Shown: positions 15,105 through 26,593 of the stretch, one piece after another | How the letters are laid out: the number at the start of each line of letters is the position of its first letter | Position numbering within the stretch: the stretch's first letter is position 1 | From: Moniliella sp. 'wahieum' | Taxonomy: Eukaryota | Reading direction: 5' to 3' | Assembly (NCBI GenBank): GCA_003971905.1 | Contig: RSEE01000100.1 | Span: 62,001 to 126,000 of the forward strand | Length of the DNA: 64,000 nt | Program-made: the position numbers and the translations under genes | The notes under the pieces: generated by a model | What the model was told of the DNA's origin: nothing | Databases searched by the model: none | Seen by the model: the letters and a program-made list of their open reading frames with translations, nothing else

Positions 15105-17936
15105 ATGCGCGTCTCCTCGCCCTTCCTCCCCACATTCATTGTCGCCGCTGCCCTGCAGACGACTGTCCATGCTATCCCCGCCACTTCCGACAACACCCAC
15201 CGTCCCACCACTGCCGCCGCCGCCGAAGCAGCGTGCCATGCTCTCCCCGCAGCCCTGGGCCATTCGGTTACGGCTTCCGACGGCAGCACACTCCAACTCA
15301 ACGGATCCTTCTCCCAGTGGTACGCTGACGGGGCCAACCCTTCGCTTGAGCTCCTGGGCCTGAGCTACCCCCCTGGTTGGGTCCCCTCGACCAAGAAGAC
15401 GCTCAAGATCATTGATGGGCCTGCAGCCGTCGCACCCGACTTGGACTTGACCCAAGACTTTGGCTATGGCCGCCAAGGCACCAACGAACGAGCTCGATCG
15501 ATTGCCAACCACGGCCCTCTTGGTGGCCTCCCCGCATTTTGCCGGTACGTCTTTCGCCGTGGCACGCGGTGCTGTGGGTAGTATATGCCGGGCTCACAAG
15601 ATACTGACATGCTTTTCTCATTCCCTCCTTGTGTTCTCGCACCACCCGTAGACTCGGCGTTCGAATCGTGACCAGCGATAAGACACAGGTGATGACGGAA
15701 GTGTGGTTGCCGCAGGCGGACGATACTGCGTACGGGGGCAAGCCTGGTGCGGTCACAACTGGCCCACTTGCCCCGCTCAACCATTCCGATTACCCTCAAC
15801 CTTCTACGCCCGATTGTTGGATGTTGCCGATGCCACCTTTCCCATCCGGACTGGAAACGCGCATGGGGCAACCGCACGGTTACAACCAGTCCGACCCAGC
15901 TACGGTCTTTACCAACCTTCATGCCTCGCATTCCTCCTCTTCCTCCTCTGGTTCGTCATCCGGTGCTTCGCGCCGAAAACGAGAAGAGCCCCATCTTGAC
16001 CCGCGCAAGGCACCGCCTCCTGGGCACCACTCTCATCATGGCATTCTTTCGGGTGCCGAAGTCTATGGCAATGGCGATTCGATCTACTGGAACGGACGGA
16101 TGATGTTTTTGGGCAATGGCGGTCTTCGCGGCTGGATACCGTACCCGACCATGAAACAAACGTTGGCTCGGCATCGCTATGCCGTGGGCAGCAACATGGG
16201 TCATTCAGGTTCCACGGGCGACGCAACCTTTTCCAATGGCACCCAACACGTGGAAACGCTCAAGGACTTTAGCGGTCGTGCAACTCATGTTTCTACCCAA
16301 CTGAGTCACGTTGTCCTAGATACGTTTTATGGTCCAGAAGCTGGGGTCAGGGTAGCCCAGCACAATCACCCACCACCACGGTGGATCGGCCAAGCGAACC
16401 GAATCCGTCCCGGGTTCTCCAACCAAAGGCGGGACTTCGACAGAGAGCAAACAGGGACGGGTACGATCGTACTTTGCTGGTTGCTCCGACGGAGGCAAAG
16501 CTGGTTTTGCTAGTGCTTCTTTGTACCCGACCGACTTTGATGGCATTTACGCCGGCTCGCCAGGGTCAACTTTAATGGGCTGAATGCGGGGCAGATCCGT
16601 GCGCAGGCGTTGTTCCGTCAGGCTGTCATGCGGCCCAAGGGCGCCTATGTCGCCATGAAGAAACATTGGGCCTCGATTCATAATGTCGTCTTGGCCCAGT
16701 GCGATCATTTGGACGGTGTCGTGGATGGCGTCGTGTCCGATCCCAAGGCTTGCTTGCGCAAACTCGACTTTGCAAAGGACTTGCAGTGCCGTGTGTCGAG
16801 AAAGTCGTCGTCATCGAAGTCGTCTTCATCGACCAAGTCGTCGTCGTCCTCCAAGTCGTCGTCATCCTCCAAGGCGTCGGCATCGTCCAAGTCATCTAAA
16901 TCGTCCGGGCGTCTTCCCATTCCAACTCGCAGGCCGGCACGTCCACGCTGGCATCCATCAACGGTAGTAGCAGTCTATCGCATTCCCATCACCATGACGA
17001 TTCCGCAGCCACCCTCGTCTCGAAGCGAGAGCATCACTCGCCTCACTCAGCTCTTATGCTGCAGCCGCAAGCGCGTCTGGCACCAGACACCGCAAGGGGC
17101 TCCCTGTACGGCTATGATCGACAACAGTGCTTGAATGCGTCCCAGATTTCCACGCTGAACGCCATGTTTGAACCCACGGTTCTGACTGACAAGAACCATC
17201 AGAACCATACCGTCTTCCCAGGCTGGTATCCAGGGTACGAGACCATGCCCGGTACGCTCAAGGGTGCGGAGAAAGGCGATTGGGTGGTTGGAGCTGGCGC
17301 TTTTGGATGGCCCAACGAAGATTATGAAAAGTGGGATCCTTATACCCAATTGACCTATGACCAATTCGCCCTCTCTCTCCAACCCAACGTGACCTTCCTC
17401 AACACGAACAACCCGGACTTGACTGCCTTCTTTTCCGATCCGTCCCGTAAGTTGATCCACACCCACGGTACAACCGACATTACCATTGCCCCTGCCAACT
17501 CGGAGCAATTTTTTGAGCGCGTGACCAGCCATTCCACTCCTGCCAATGGCCACTCAGTCGATGAGAGTTACAAGCTATTTCTCGTTCCGGGTATGGGCCA
17601 TTGTCGAGGCGGCGATGGCGCGTTCCATTTCGGTAGTGTGACTCAAGAAGCCCCAGGCAACCGGCCGTACAAGTTTGACACGGAGCACGATGTACTTCTG
17701 CGTCGCGTCTGTCGCATGGGTGGAACAGGGCAGAAGTACGAACCGAACCACTTGGTCGCGGCATCTTATCCTACCATCGGTCAAGTCTATACCGATGCAG
17801 CTCCCTTTTGGACCTCCAACTATGCATGGGGGCTCCGCTTTACGCGCAAACTCTGTCCCTACCCACAAAAGCCCGTGTACAACGGTGGGGACCCACTTGG
17901 GGGCCTAACGCGCAGCACAGCTTTTCGTGCCAGTGA
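15105..17936 (+). CDS. Secreted tannase/feruloyl esterase family protein; frameshifted
   Basis: Signal-peptide-like N-terminus; WNGRMMFLGNGG; YFAGCSDGG; CDHLDGVVDGVVSDP; KLIHTHGTTD; FLVPGMGHCRGG; RKLCPYPQ; intron ~15545-15650. Confidence 0.88.
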
Positions 17937-20291
17937 TCCCTGGGCGATGGGTATGATACAGATTCCTGATCGGTCATTGTTGATGCATCTCAATCTGGCG
18001 CAGCATGATGCATGACCCACCTTTTCATTTCTTCCCTTGGGTCTTCCACCTACTTTTTCTTCTGATTACGGACACCCGCAATTCGTCTTCTTTCGCGGCC
18101 CCTGTTGTTGCCTTTGCGGTTTTCCTCGCAAGAAGGCGCTAGAACGCTGCAACCGGCACGATACCGTCCCCTGAATAGGTTTTTTCATTATATATGCCAA
18201 CAAACCGTTTAAGGTTTTCTATGCGTTGTTCCCAAATCCCCCCCACCCCCCCCCCCCCCCCCCGCCCCCAATCCTTCCTAACGAGGGTCCTAACGAGGGT
18301 GATCAGTAACCAACCCCATCCCGCCCCCCGCCCCCTCTCCGGCGTTTTATGAGAACCCGAACCCATTGCATATAACTTTCTTTTGCTCTCAGAGTCAGAC
18401 CCTGAAGCTCGAAATTTGACCCTTTTTTATTACCTGAGAGAGATGGCCGGCATGATCGATGGCCATCGACCAGGACCGTAACTGGTAAACCCCCTACCAC
18501 AGCCCATTTACATGCAGCTACGATAGCCTATTCTGCAGTGGTGTTGGTACAGATTGTGAACAAAAGACGGGGGAAGTATCAGCTGCAAAAGGAAACCTCT
18601 GCAGGTATAATAAGGCGTGAAGGTCACGTGGTGAGCCACCCACAGTTTTCTTCAGGGAACGTCGGAATACTATAGCGGGAGGAAACAGGAGATGATAGGG
18701 GAGGCATGCAGACAGGGCAGCTGAGGTGGAGTGACATCTGCATCATTGGAGCGAGCAGCGGGATGCGTGCTGATACTAATTTTCTGCGAGCGGAATCGGA
18801 AAACTCTTTCGCTCCCCCGGTCAACATGTGAGCTTAAGGGCCGTGCAGGGGGAAACAGGGGAACAGGGGAGAACAGGGGAGATCCCCAAGCACTGCTCTA
18901 CCTTCTCACATCTCTGTGGTACATCTGAGTCACTAGTCACTAGTCACTAGGCACTCTACAGATAGTGACTACCGCGAATAACAAAATAAACGAGAGTAGT
19001 TAATAACCTATAGTGACTAGGGACTAGAGTCACTACTGATAGCCCCCACACGGCCATCTGCCCGGCGCTGGCCTTGCGTATCTCGAACCCAACTTGGTTT
19101 GTAGTAGATCGAAGATCCTGCACCCCCCGAACATCCCATGCTATAGCAATCGCGGATGAAGCACAACCTAACTACTAACGCCAATAGGGCCCAAGTCCTA
19201 TTGCAACCAAAACCCCGCGTTTTGGGTGGATCGATCATCGATTCGGTGTGAGATCTGAGATGTGAAAAGGGTGCATGGTTCAAACCTAGATCTTGTCGGG
19301 AGGAACTAATAGCGCGCAACGCGTAACGCCGCATGTTGGACAAAGGAGATGGGTTTCGCACTTCATTCATTTTTGGATGCCAGTGGGGGGTGGAATCTGC
19401 TCCAGAGTCGAACGTTGATTGCTGTAGTGGGATGGAATATGGAGGGGGCTACCCGCAGGCCACAGGACACAGACAGCGTGTTGGAGCGGAGGGAGAAGGT
19501 GTGCAGGCAGGGCGCCTGTGGAGCGCGCGGCAATCACAGCGGCTTTTGGAGGCCATACCCCCCGCCCCTTGCATTGGTGGATGTGAGGGGAAGACACACT
19601 CTCTGCAGTGGTAGGGGGGTGGGGCATATGGAGGCAGTTCTGCGGAAGGTGCCACCCCACACCGCCTATAGGCAAAGCGCGTCGGCGTCTGTTTATAGCA
19701 CGCACAGAGCATAACACTGAGGACGAGGCAGTCCTTGGCGTTTTTACTGCTCTAGAGCCTCGTGCAAAGCCTCTCATCGGCTGCTGCTGGGCCACCGTCG
19801 GCAATAGCACATTCCGTTGTGTATTACATGCACGGGGCACGTTATATACAGCGTGCGCCTGTCCATAGCCCATGCTCGCCTGCTCGCAACTCCGACCCAA
19901 GCACAGCCTGAGTGCTAGTGCCCATGGCCGACGCTTGCTGCTTACAGCCAACCAACCAATCGACGCTGGGTGTGCGGCCCAGTGCCACCCCAATCCCAAT
20001 CCCCATCCCAACCAGTCCCAGCCCCGGCTGCTGCTGCGGCCCGAAGGCGGAGAAGCAGCAGCGCGGATTAGCACTGCAGAGGCCGCAGCATTCACTCACC
20101 CCCCAGCAGCCACCTGCAGCAGCCCCCCCCCCCCCCCCCCCCCCCCCGCCCCAGGCTTATATTAACCCCTGCCCTTATACGCCCCACCCCCGTTGCGTCC
20201 GCACGCACCTACCCCCGCCCCGCCCCTCTCGCTTCTTGCTCCCCCCCCTCCTTCACTTGCACTCCCGCTTCCCCTGTCCTCCCACGGTAGA

Positions 20292-21487
20292 ATGAGCAAC
20301 AGCCAGAAGGACGAGCACCTCAGCCTCAACATGAACACCATCATCACAGTGACCCATAGGACCTAGGCACTGGCCGGGCGAATGGCATCCCACTTTTGCG
20401 CAACCTCACCCGTACGTTTGCTCTCCCTCTCCTCTCTTCCCTCTCGTATTGTCCCACCCCCGGTACTTGTTTTTTTTGCTGACCCACTGCCCCCCTCCTC
20501 GCCGTTTTCTGTTATAGCGGGGGGGCATGCCCTGGACACCCACACAGCCGCGCTTCCCGTATACCACCGGTACGTGCATTTTTCTCTTTTATGTTCTACC
20601 TTGAGTCCTCTCCTCCGCAGAGAATGTGTACTGACTGTAACGCGGATGGGTTCGGACCCCTATATTACTCTTCGTTTGTATATCATGCACAGAAAGTTTG
20701 CCAACCCAGCGCCACTCGGCCTGATGGGCTTTGCCAGCACCACCTTCATCCTCTCACTGTTCAACGTTGGCGCTCGGGGCATCAGCCATCCCAACCTCAT
20801 CATTGCCCCCGCCTTGGCCACGGGCGGACTGGCCCAGTTTCATGGCTGGTGTCTGGGAGTTTGCTGCGGGTACGTAGTCGCCATCATACACCCCGCTTCT
20901 CTTGCTCGCTATGCCCATCTTCGTTAGAGAAAAAAAGACTTATACCTGCTATCTGTTTCTTTGTTTTTACCGTCTACAGGCAACACATTTGGGGCCACAG
21001 CATTTTGCATGGTGAGTTTTTCTTCCCACCTCATTCTCCGTGCCTAGAGGGTTTTTTTCTGCGAGTCACAACCTAACCAGTACCCTTTCCCGTCTCCACC
21101 TGGCCATGGTACATACAGTATGGAAGCTTTTGGTTTAGCTTTGCCATCATCTTCATCCCCTGGTTTGGCATTGGTGCGGCGGTGCCGGCCAAGGAACTCG
21201 ATTCGAGCATTGGCATCTTCCTTGCCACATGGTTTATTGTGACCTTTATTCTGATGCTGGCCACCCTACGTGCTTCCGTTGCGCTTGTGTGCGTCTTTGT
21301 CAGCCTCAGCGTCACTTCCTCTTGCTCTTCTGCCACTACTTTTCTGGCAACGCTCATGTTGGCACAGCAGGCGGAGCGATGGGCATCGTGTGTGCCGCTT
21401 GTCGTTTTATATACGCCGCCACGGGCGTGTAACCGCCGAAACGTCCGTCATGGCCCTTCCGGCCGGCGAGTGAGCCGTAAAGATTAA
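20292..21487 (+). CDS. GPR1/FUN34/YaaH (Ady2-like) acetate transporter, multi-intron
   Basis: RKFANPAPLGLMGFASTTFILSL signature; GGLAQF; GNTFGATAF; YGSFWFSF; GIFLATWFIVTF; several GT..AG introns. Confidence 0.88.
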
Positions 21488-22720
21488 TGCTCGGTACGGA
21501 GTGCTGAGTCGGCGTGGTTGTAAGAGGTGTGTCTGCACTAAGCATCTCTCCCACCACCGCACCATACTACATCTACACCGCACCATACCATTCCACCTGA
21601 TACACTCCCACTTTTGTCCTCTCTTTTAACTCTACACAACCCGCATGTGCTTTCCCTTCCCCTTTTTTTTCTTCGCACGGACACGGCGGCGTGTCCATGT
21701 GTGGGCCCTTCTGATCCTCCTCTCGCACCACTCGTTTTTTTTGGCTCATTACCCTCCGTCTCTCCTATCCGCCGCTGATATGCTCCCCCACAACGATTGA
21801 AACCACATACCTGAAAAGGGCTTGAATAGGCGCTCAGCTTCTTTACTTGAATTGATGGCTCCCCCTGCTCGTCTTGACACATAGATGCCTGGATGGTATT
21901 GGTGCCGGTAAAATGTAAATGATTGAGGACGAAGGAGCCATGCTCCGCTCGGCGCTAACAGGGGTGGTCTCTTTTTGTACGTTCGTTCGGGTTTCACATC
22001 GTCCACTGGTGGTCTTTTCATTGGTGGTCATCGATATCATCTATCCTCAGCCGTTTGACATGCCCCACCTGCGCCGGGTTGCTTTGTTGTTGGGTTGGAA
22101 ATGCACCCGGTCAGTTTGACTTGTTGTGGTGAGTTGTTCACAGGTTGGTGCCAAGAAGCGGCTCGGGAATTACTAGTTACTAGTTACTGTAGAAACTTGA
22201 TACGCTAAATAGGCCAATGTGGGGGCACAGAGTGGAATCCCCGAAAAGCTCATGATTGAGCGCGATATAACCTACCCCGATCAACATTTAACACGTGCGG
22301 TTCCACCACGTTCACCACGTTCACCATACTCTCTGTAGATATGAGAATCGCAGGTCTCGCCTACGCAGTTCTAGACTCCATACGTCTTTCCCAGCCCCTC
22401 GTTGGGACATCTGTCCTCCCTCCAACAGTCCATCTCGTAGAATCCCAGCAGGCGCAATTTTTACCATCATCCAAAGGGGCAACTCAGTAAGTACTCACAC
22501 GAACTCAGTTTGGAAGTGCTCCCACTTTGAAGCTTGATACAGGTACGTTTGAGCTCGTGTTTTCTTGCACTCTGTTGTTAGAGGGTACTGCTAGGGTTCT
22601 CCTGCGCGGCCCTCAATGGATCGGTGACGCTCGCCTAGCCGAGCGGAAGCGTTCCGCTCGCAGGCCGCGCACGCCCTGCTCGCTCCATCTCCCTTCTCTC
22701 TCTCCTTTCTCCTTCCCTTC

Positions 22721-22874
22721 AGACGTTGCTTGAAGACTTGTGGCTCACCACTTTGCCTTCACGCCTTGTCTGAAGGTACGCCTCTGCTTCCTTTCTTGAC
22801 CTGTTGCTCCTCACAATGAGACGTTGCTTGAAGACTTGTGGCTCACCACTTTGCCTTCACGCCTTGTCTGAAGG
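22721..22874. repeat. 56-bp perfect direct repeat (22721-22776 and 22819-22874)
   Basis: AGACGTTGCTTGAAGACTTG...GCCTTGTCTGAAGG occurs twice with a 42-bp spacer. Confidence 0.9.
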
Positions 22875-22984
22875 CTGCTTTGCAGCTGATCCATAGGATC
22901 GCGAGTGCTCCCTGTCACAGGCCTAGCTAGCGATGCTGGCGATGGTCGATGGAGATGGCATTCAAGAGCTAAGGAGAGCTAGAG

Positions 22985-25900
22985 CTATGGGCCTTGATAG
23001 GCTCCTGGCCTGGAGGCCAGTGGAAACCCGTGGAAGGGTCGGAACTCACTGCCCCGGTGCACTGTGTGGATCGGGCCACGTGTCACTGAAGGCCGATGGG
23101 CTCTAGACCACTGGTGGTCAACACCCCCCTGGCCAGAGGTCTCAGTGGCACGATGGAAGGTTGTAACGTCCTCAAGCTTGAGGCGAGGCAAGTTGGCCAG
23201 GAGTGAGACCTTAGTGGCTGGTTTGGTGAGGATGTCGGCCGGGTTCTCGTTTCCAGCAATGTGCGCGATTTTGACTTCGCCCGAGTCGACATGCTGGCGT
23301 ACGTTGTGGTACCGGATGTTCAGCTCACGTAGTTTGCCCGTGCTGCCCACTTTTTCGGCCAAGGCAAGTGCCGCCATGTTGTCGCAGTACCAGTGTATGG
23401 GCTCGTCTGAGGTGATGGCACCGAGCTCCAGTAAGATGTTTTTAACGTAGTTCGCATCAATGAGGCCCTCATATCCCGCCGTATATTCGGCCGCAGCAGT
23501 GTTGGTGACGCTCTTGGGTTGACGCACGCTCCTCCAGGACACTGGAACCCCGTAGACGAAAAGCAGGCATCCCGACGTGGAACGCCATTGGTCAGGGTCT
23601 CCAGCCAGGTCGGCATCCGTGTATAGCGCGAGAGCGGGTGCGTTAGGCTCGGGTGTTAGTCGGAGACCGTAGCCCTTGGTACCGTAGAGGTAGCGGAGGA
23701 AGTTTGTTGCCGCAGCGCGGTGGGCCTTGGAGGGATCGGCAGTTGCTCGGCTTAGAGCTGAGATGCCGAACAGCGCATCAGGGCGGCACATGCGGGCAGC
23801 CCACAGCCCAGATCCTACTTTGGCTTGATAGTCGCGTCTCTCGGCGGGCAGTGCGGGCGGTTCGGGGTCGGTGCGCGCGGGGATCATCTTGCTGGGGTGG
23901 GGGAGGCCCATAACCAGGGGTGGCGGAACCTCATGTTTGGCAATGGATTCCTCAATGAATTTTGGCTGGCTAAGGTACAGTTTCCCGTTTATGGTGTCGT
24001 ACTGGCAGCCAAGATGGTAGTGTAGGGGGCCGTTTCCCCGCACCTCGATATGGGTGTTGATCTCAGTGAGGAAGGAATCGTAGCGTGCGTGAGACGTGCA
24101 GGCGATGAGAAGATCGTCGGTGTGCACGGCAAGGAGGACCGTGTCGCCTTTACGGGGTCGGATGAACAAGCACGGCTCAGCCAGAGATTGTACAAAACCC
24201 ATGTCTCCGCGGAGCAAGTCACGGATGAATACCGCCCAGTTTGCGCCGGATTGGTGGAGGCCATATAGGCTTTTCCGGAGACGCCAGACCTTGCCTTTTT
24301 CCTCGGGAAAGAATGGGGGTGGGCGGAGGTACACTTTTTCCGTGAGGGGAGCGTTCAAATAGGCAGAGTGCACATCAGCAGTGAAGAGGTGGAGGCCGAA
24401 CTTTCCAGCAAGGGCGATAAGGCTGAGGATGGCAGGAGTGCGCACGGCAGGGGCGAATGTTTGTCCCCATGTGTCAGCATCCTGCTGGTGGCCCCCGGCA
24501 ACGAGACGGGCTCGGTAGCGTAGGAAATTTCCGTCCGCGTCCGTTTTGGTGTTGATGCGCCACAGACCAATCAGCAGCTGCGCGTCTGGAGGGGGCGTGA
24601 CGACTTCGAATGTGCCGTAGCGGGCTAGGGTGTCGATTTCCGTGCGCATCGCCTCCAGCACTGGTTCGAATGAGGGGTGTGATTGGAGGCCCTTCATTGT
24701 CTTGGGTGCAACAGGTACTCCGTCCTTGGTGAGCTGGATGCGCTCGTGCGGCCCTGGCTCGCTAAGGGCGATCATCGCCTTGTATTCAGGCGGATGGAGA
24801 CCGTCGCTGTACGCGGGCAGGGCAGTGTCGGGCAGTGGGAAGCGTAGGCCGATCGCAGGACTACGACTACCGTCAGGGAGGGGAACCGGAGGCAGCGCGG
24901 CAGCGTGTGCGTGGAAGTCACCATCATGAGGGTCGTCCGCTACGGGGAGCTGTGCCCAGTCAAGGTCAAAACGGCGCTGGTGGGTCCGGGCGGGGTACCG
25001 TCTGGTGGTGGGGGTGGTTGGATGGGTGTCGTTTTGTCTTGCGATGGTCGCGTCAGTATCAGTGTTGATTCTCGGTGGTGTGTTGGGATTTGCAACTTCA
25101 ATTTTGTTCATTTTTTCTTCTCCCTTTTTGGTTTCAGTGTCAGTCATAGTTCTGTCAGGCAGGGGTTGAGCGGGGAAGCGAGATACGTCAGGCGGAAAGC
25201 GGTCGGGGAAAACCTCGTGGTATTGGCGCTGGGTCCACTTGTATGGTTTTGCCCATTGGGATCGGAACGTGCCCATGGACGGGTCGTACACAGCCCAGCG
25301 CCAACCCTTTGTACCTCGACCTGCGTCGTACCCGACGAGCATGGCTTCGACAGCCCGCGGACTGAGCTTATGGTCACGTTGGTCCTGGGCCAGGTGAAGG
25401 TACGCCAAGGATCCGAAGGCGTGCATTGGCAGCGGTGGGGGTGACCCCTTGTACAGCTCAGCCCGAGATTGTGTGCCCTGGCGTGGAGATGTCGGTGGCA
25501 TGAGGTTGTGCGTCCAGCACCCTGCCAGCAAGGCATCCTGCCACCAGTTTGATGTCGGGAGGCCCGAGGCGATGATGAGTTGGCGCGCGCGTGTGGTGAT
25601 TGCCTGGATGGCTCGCTCGGCCACCCCATTTGATTGACTTTGGCCTGGTATGGTGGTTTCCGTCGTGATACCTTCGGATTCAAGGAACGGACGGAGTGCG
25701 CTGGTGAGCTCGGGGGCATTGTCTGTCTTCAAGATGCGAAGCAGACGGTCCTTTCCGATGCGTTGCTCGCGGGTGATGAGTTTTTTCAGCTCCGCCGTGG
25801 CTTGTCCTTTCGTCTTTAGGGGAACAGCGAAGGTGTAACGGCTCCAGTCATCAACCGCGACCAGGGCGTATCCATGTCCCATGCCAGTGATGCGAGGGAG

Positions 25901-26593
25901 GTCGACTACGTCGGCGTGCAGTACTTCGAAAGGACGTTCCGAAATGCGGCGGCCGTGGCGCGAAGGGTGGCTGGGCGCTTTGGCCAGAGCTTTTGTGCAG
26001 GTGGGACAATGCCAGAAGGGGCGGATGCGTCGGATTTGGGCAGGGCTGACGCGGAGGCTCGCTCGCGCGTTGGCGGTTAGTGTCGGGAGTAGGTCTAGCG
26101 CGGCGTGGTTGTACTGTTGGTGAACGTACATGACGTGCTCGATGGTGTTGGCTGCGGTGTGTTGGGTGGCGACGGCAGCTTTGGCCGCGTGTTCGTTTGT
26201 GGGTGTCGGTTTCGGGACGATGTTCAGCTTGTATGAGGAATCCGCGATTTGGTGATATTTGCCATGCTTGTCATTTAACCAGATACCTTTTCGGTGGGGG
26301 GCGAACCAGGATGCGTGGCCTGCGTCACTTATTTGCGCTACGCTCGTGAGATTGCTTGCTATGCCGGGGACGTATAGACTGCCGGGTAGGTCTACATGGA
26401 TACATTTGCCGTCGGTACACTTGATACCGATGCTACATGTTCCGCGTCCACTGGCTTTAATATGTTTTCCATCAGCGATTTCGATTGAGCGGTTGCTGGG
26501 CTTGAGGGTTTTGAATACCCTGAGATCCTTCCAGATGCTAGGATCCGCGCCCGAGTCGTGACGAGACTGGATGTCCTGGTTGCCCGCGAGTTC
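22985..26593 (-). CDS. pol: Copia Pol (protease, integrase, reverse transcriptase, RNase H), in frame with gag after a UAG
   Basis: Open frame from 26593: protease HDSGA; LYVPGIASNL; HHCC (HQQYNH..CPTC); DDE (LHAD, KTDNAPE, NGVAER); RT ADVHSAYLN, KSLYGLHQSG, VHTDDLL; RNase H YTDAD, AEY, YCDN, NPADILTK. Confidence 0.95.
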   Translation of the reverse strand, partial: ELAGNQDIQSRHDSGADPSIWKDLRVFKTLKPSNRSIEIADGKHIKASGRGTCSIGIKCTDGKCIHVDLPGSLYVPGIASNLTSVAQISDAGHASWFAPHRKGIWLNDKHGKYHQIADSSYKLNIVPKPTPTNEHAAKAAVATQHTAANTIEHVMYVHQQYNHAALDLLPTLTANARASLRVSPAQIRRIRPFWHCPTCTKALAKAPSHPSRHGRRISERPFEVLHADVVDLPRITGMGHGYALVAVDDWSRYTFAVPLKTKGQATAELKKLITREQRIGKDRLLRILKTDNAPELTSALRPFLESEGITTETTIPGQSQSNGVAERAIQAITTRARQLIIASGLPTSNWWQDALLAGCWTHNLMPPTSPRQGTQSRAELYKGSPPPLPMHAFGSLAYLHLAQDQRDHKLSPRAVEAMLVGYDAGRGTKGWRWAVYDPSMGTFRSQWAKPYKWTQRQYHEVFPDRFPPDVSRFPAQPLPDRTMTDTETKKGEEKMNKIEVANPNTPPRINTDTDATIARQNDTHPTTPTTRRYPARTHQRRFDLDWAQLPVADDPHDGDFHAHAAALPPVPLPDGSRSPAIGLRFPLPDTALPAYSDGLHPPEYKAMIALSEPGPHERIQLTKDGVPVAPKTMKGLQSHPSFEPVLEAMRTEIDTLARYGTFEVVTPPPDAQLLIGLWRINTKTDADGNFLRYRARLVAGGHQQDADTWGQTFAPAVRTPAILSLIALAGKFGLHLFTADVHSAYLNAPLTEKVYLRPPPFFPEEKGKVWRLRKSLYGLHQSGANWAVFIRDLLRGDMGFVQSLAEPCLFIRPRKGDTVLLAVHTDDLLIACTSHARYDSFLTEINTHIEVRGNGPLHYHLGCQYDTINGKLYLSQPKFIEESIAKHEVPPPLVMGLPHPSKMIPARTDPEPPALPAERRDYQAKVGSGLWAARMCRPDALFGISALSRATADPSKAHRAAATNFLRYLYGTKGYGLRLTPEPNAPALALYTDADLAGDPDQWRSTSGCLLFVYGVPVSWRSVRQPKSVTNTAAAEYTAGYEGLIDANYVKNILLELGAITSDEPIHWYCDNMAALALAEKVGSTGKLRELNIRYHNVRQHVDSGEVKIAHIAGNENPADILTKPATKVSLLANLPRLKLEDVTTFHRATETSGQGGVDHQWSRAHRPSVTRGPIHTVHRGSEFRPFHGFPLASRPGAYQGP

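Noticed and set aside
15105..21487. Esterase plus acetate transporter as a co-regulated cluster
   Set aside because: Adjacency only; no shared motif or regulator visible
22721..22874. CRISPR-like repeat-spacer-repeat
   Set aside because: Only two 56-bp repeats, eukaryotic context, no cas genes
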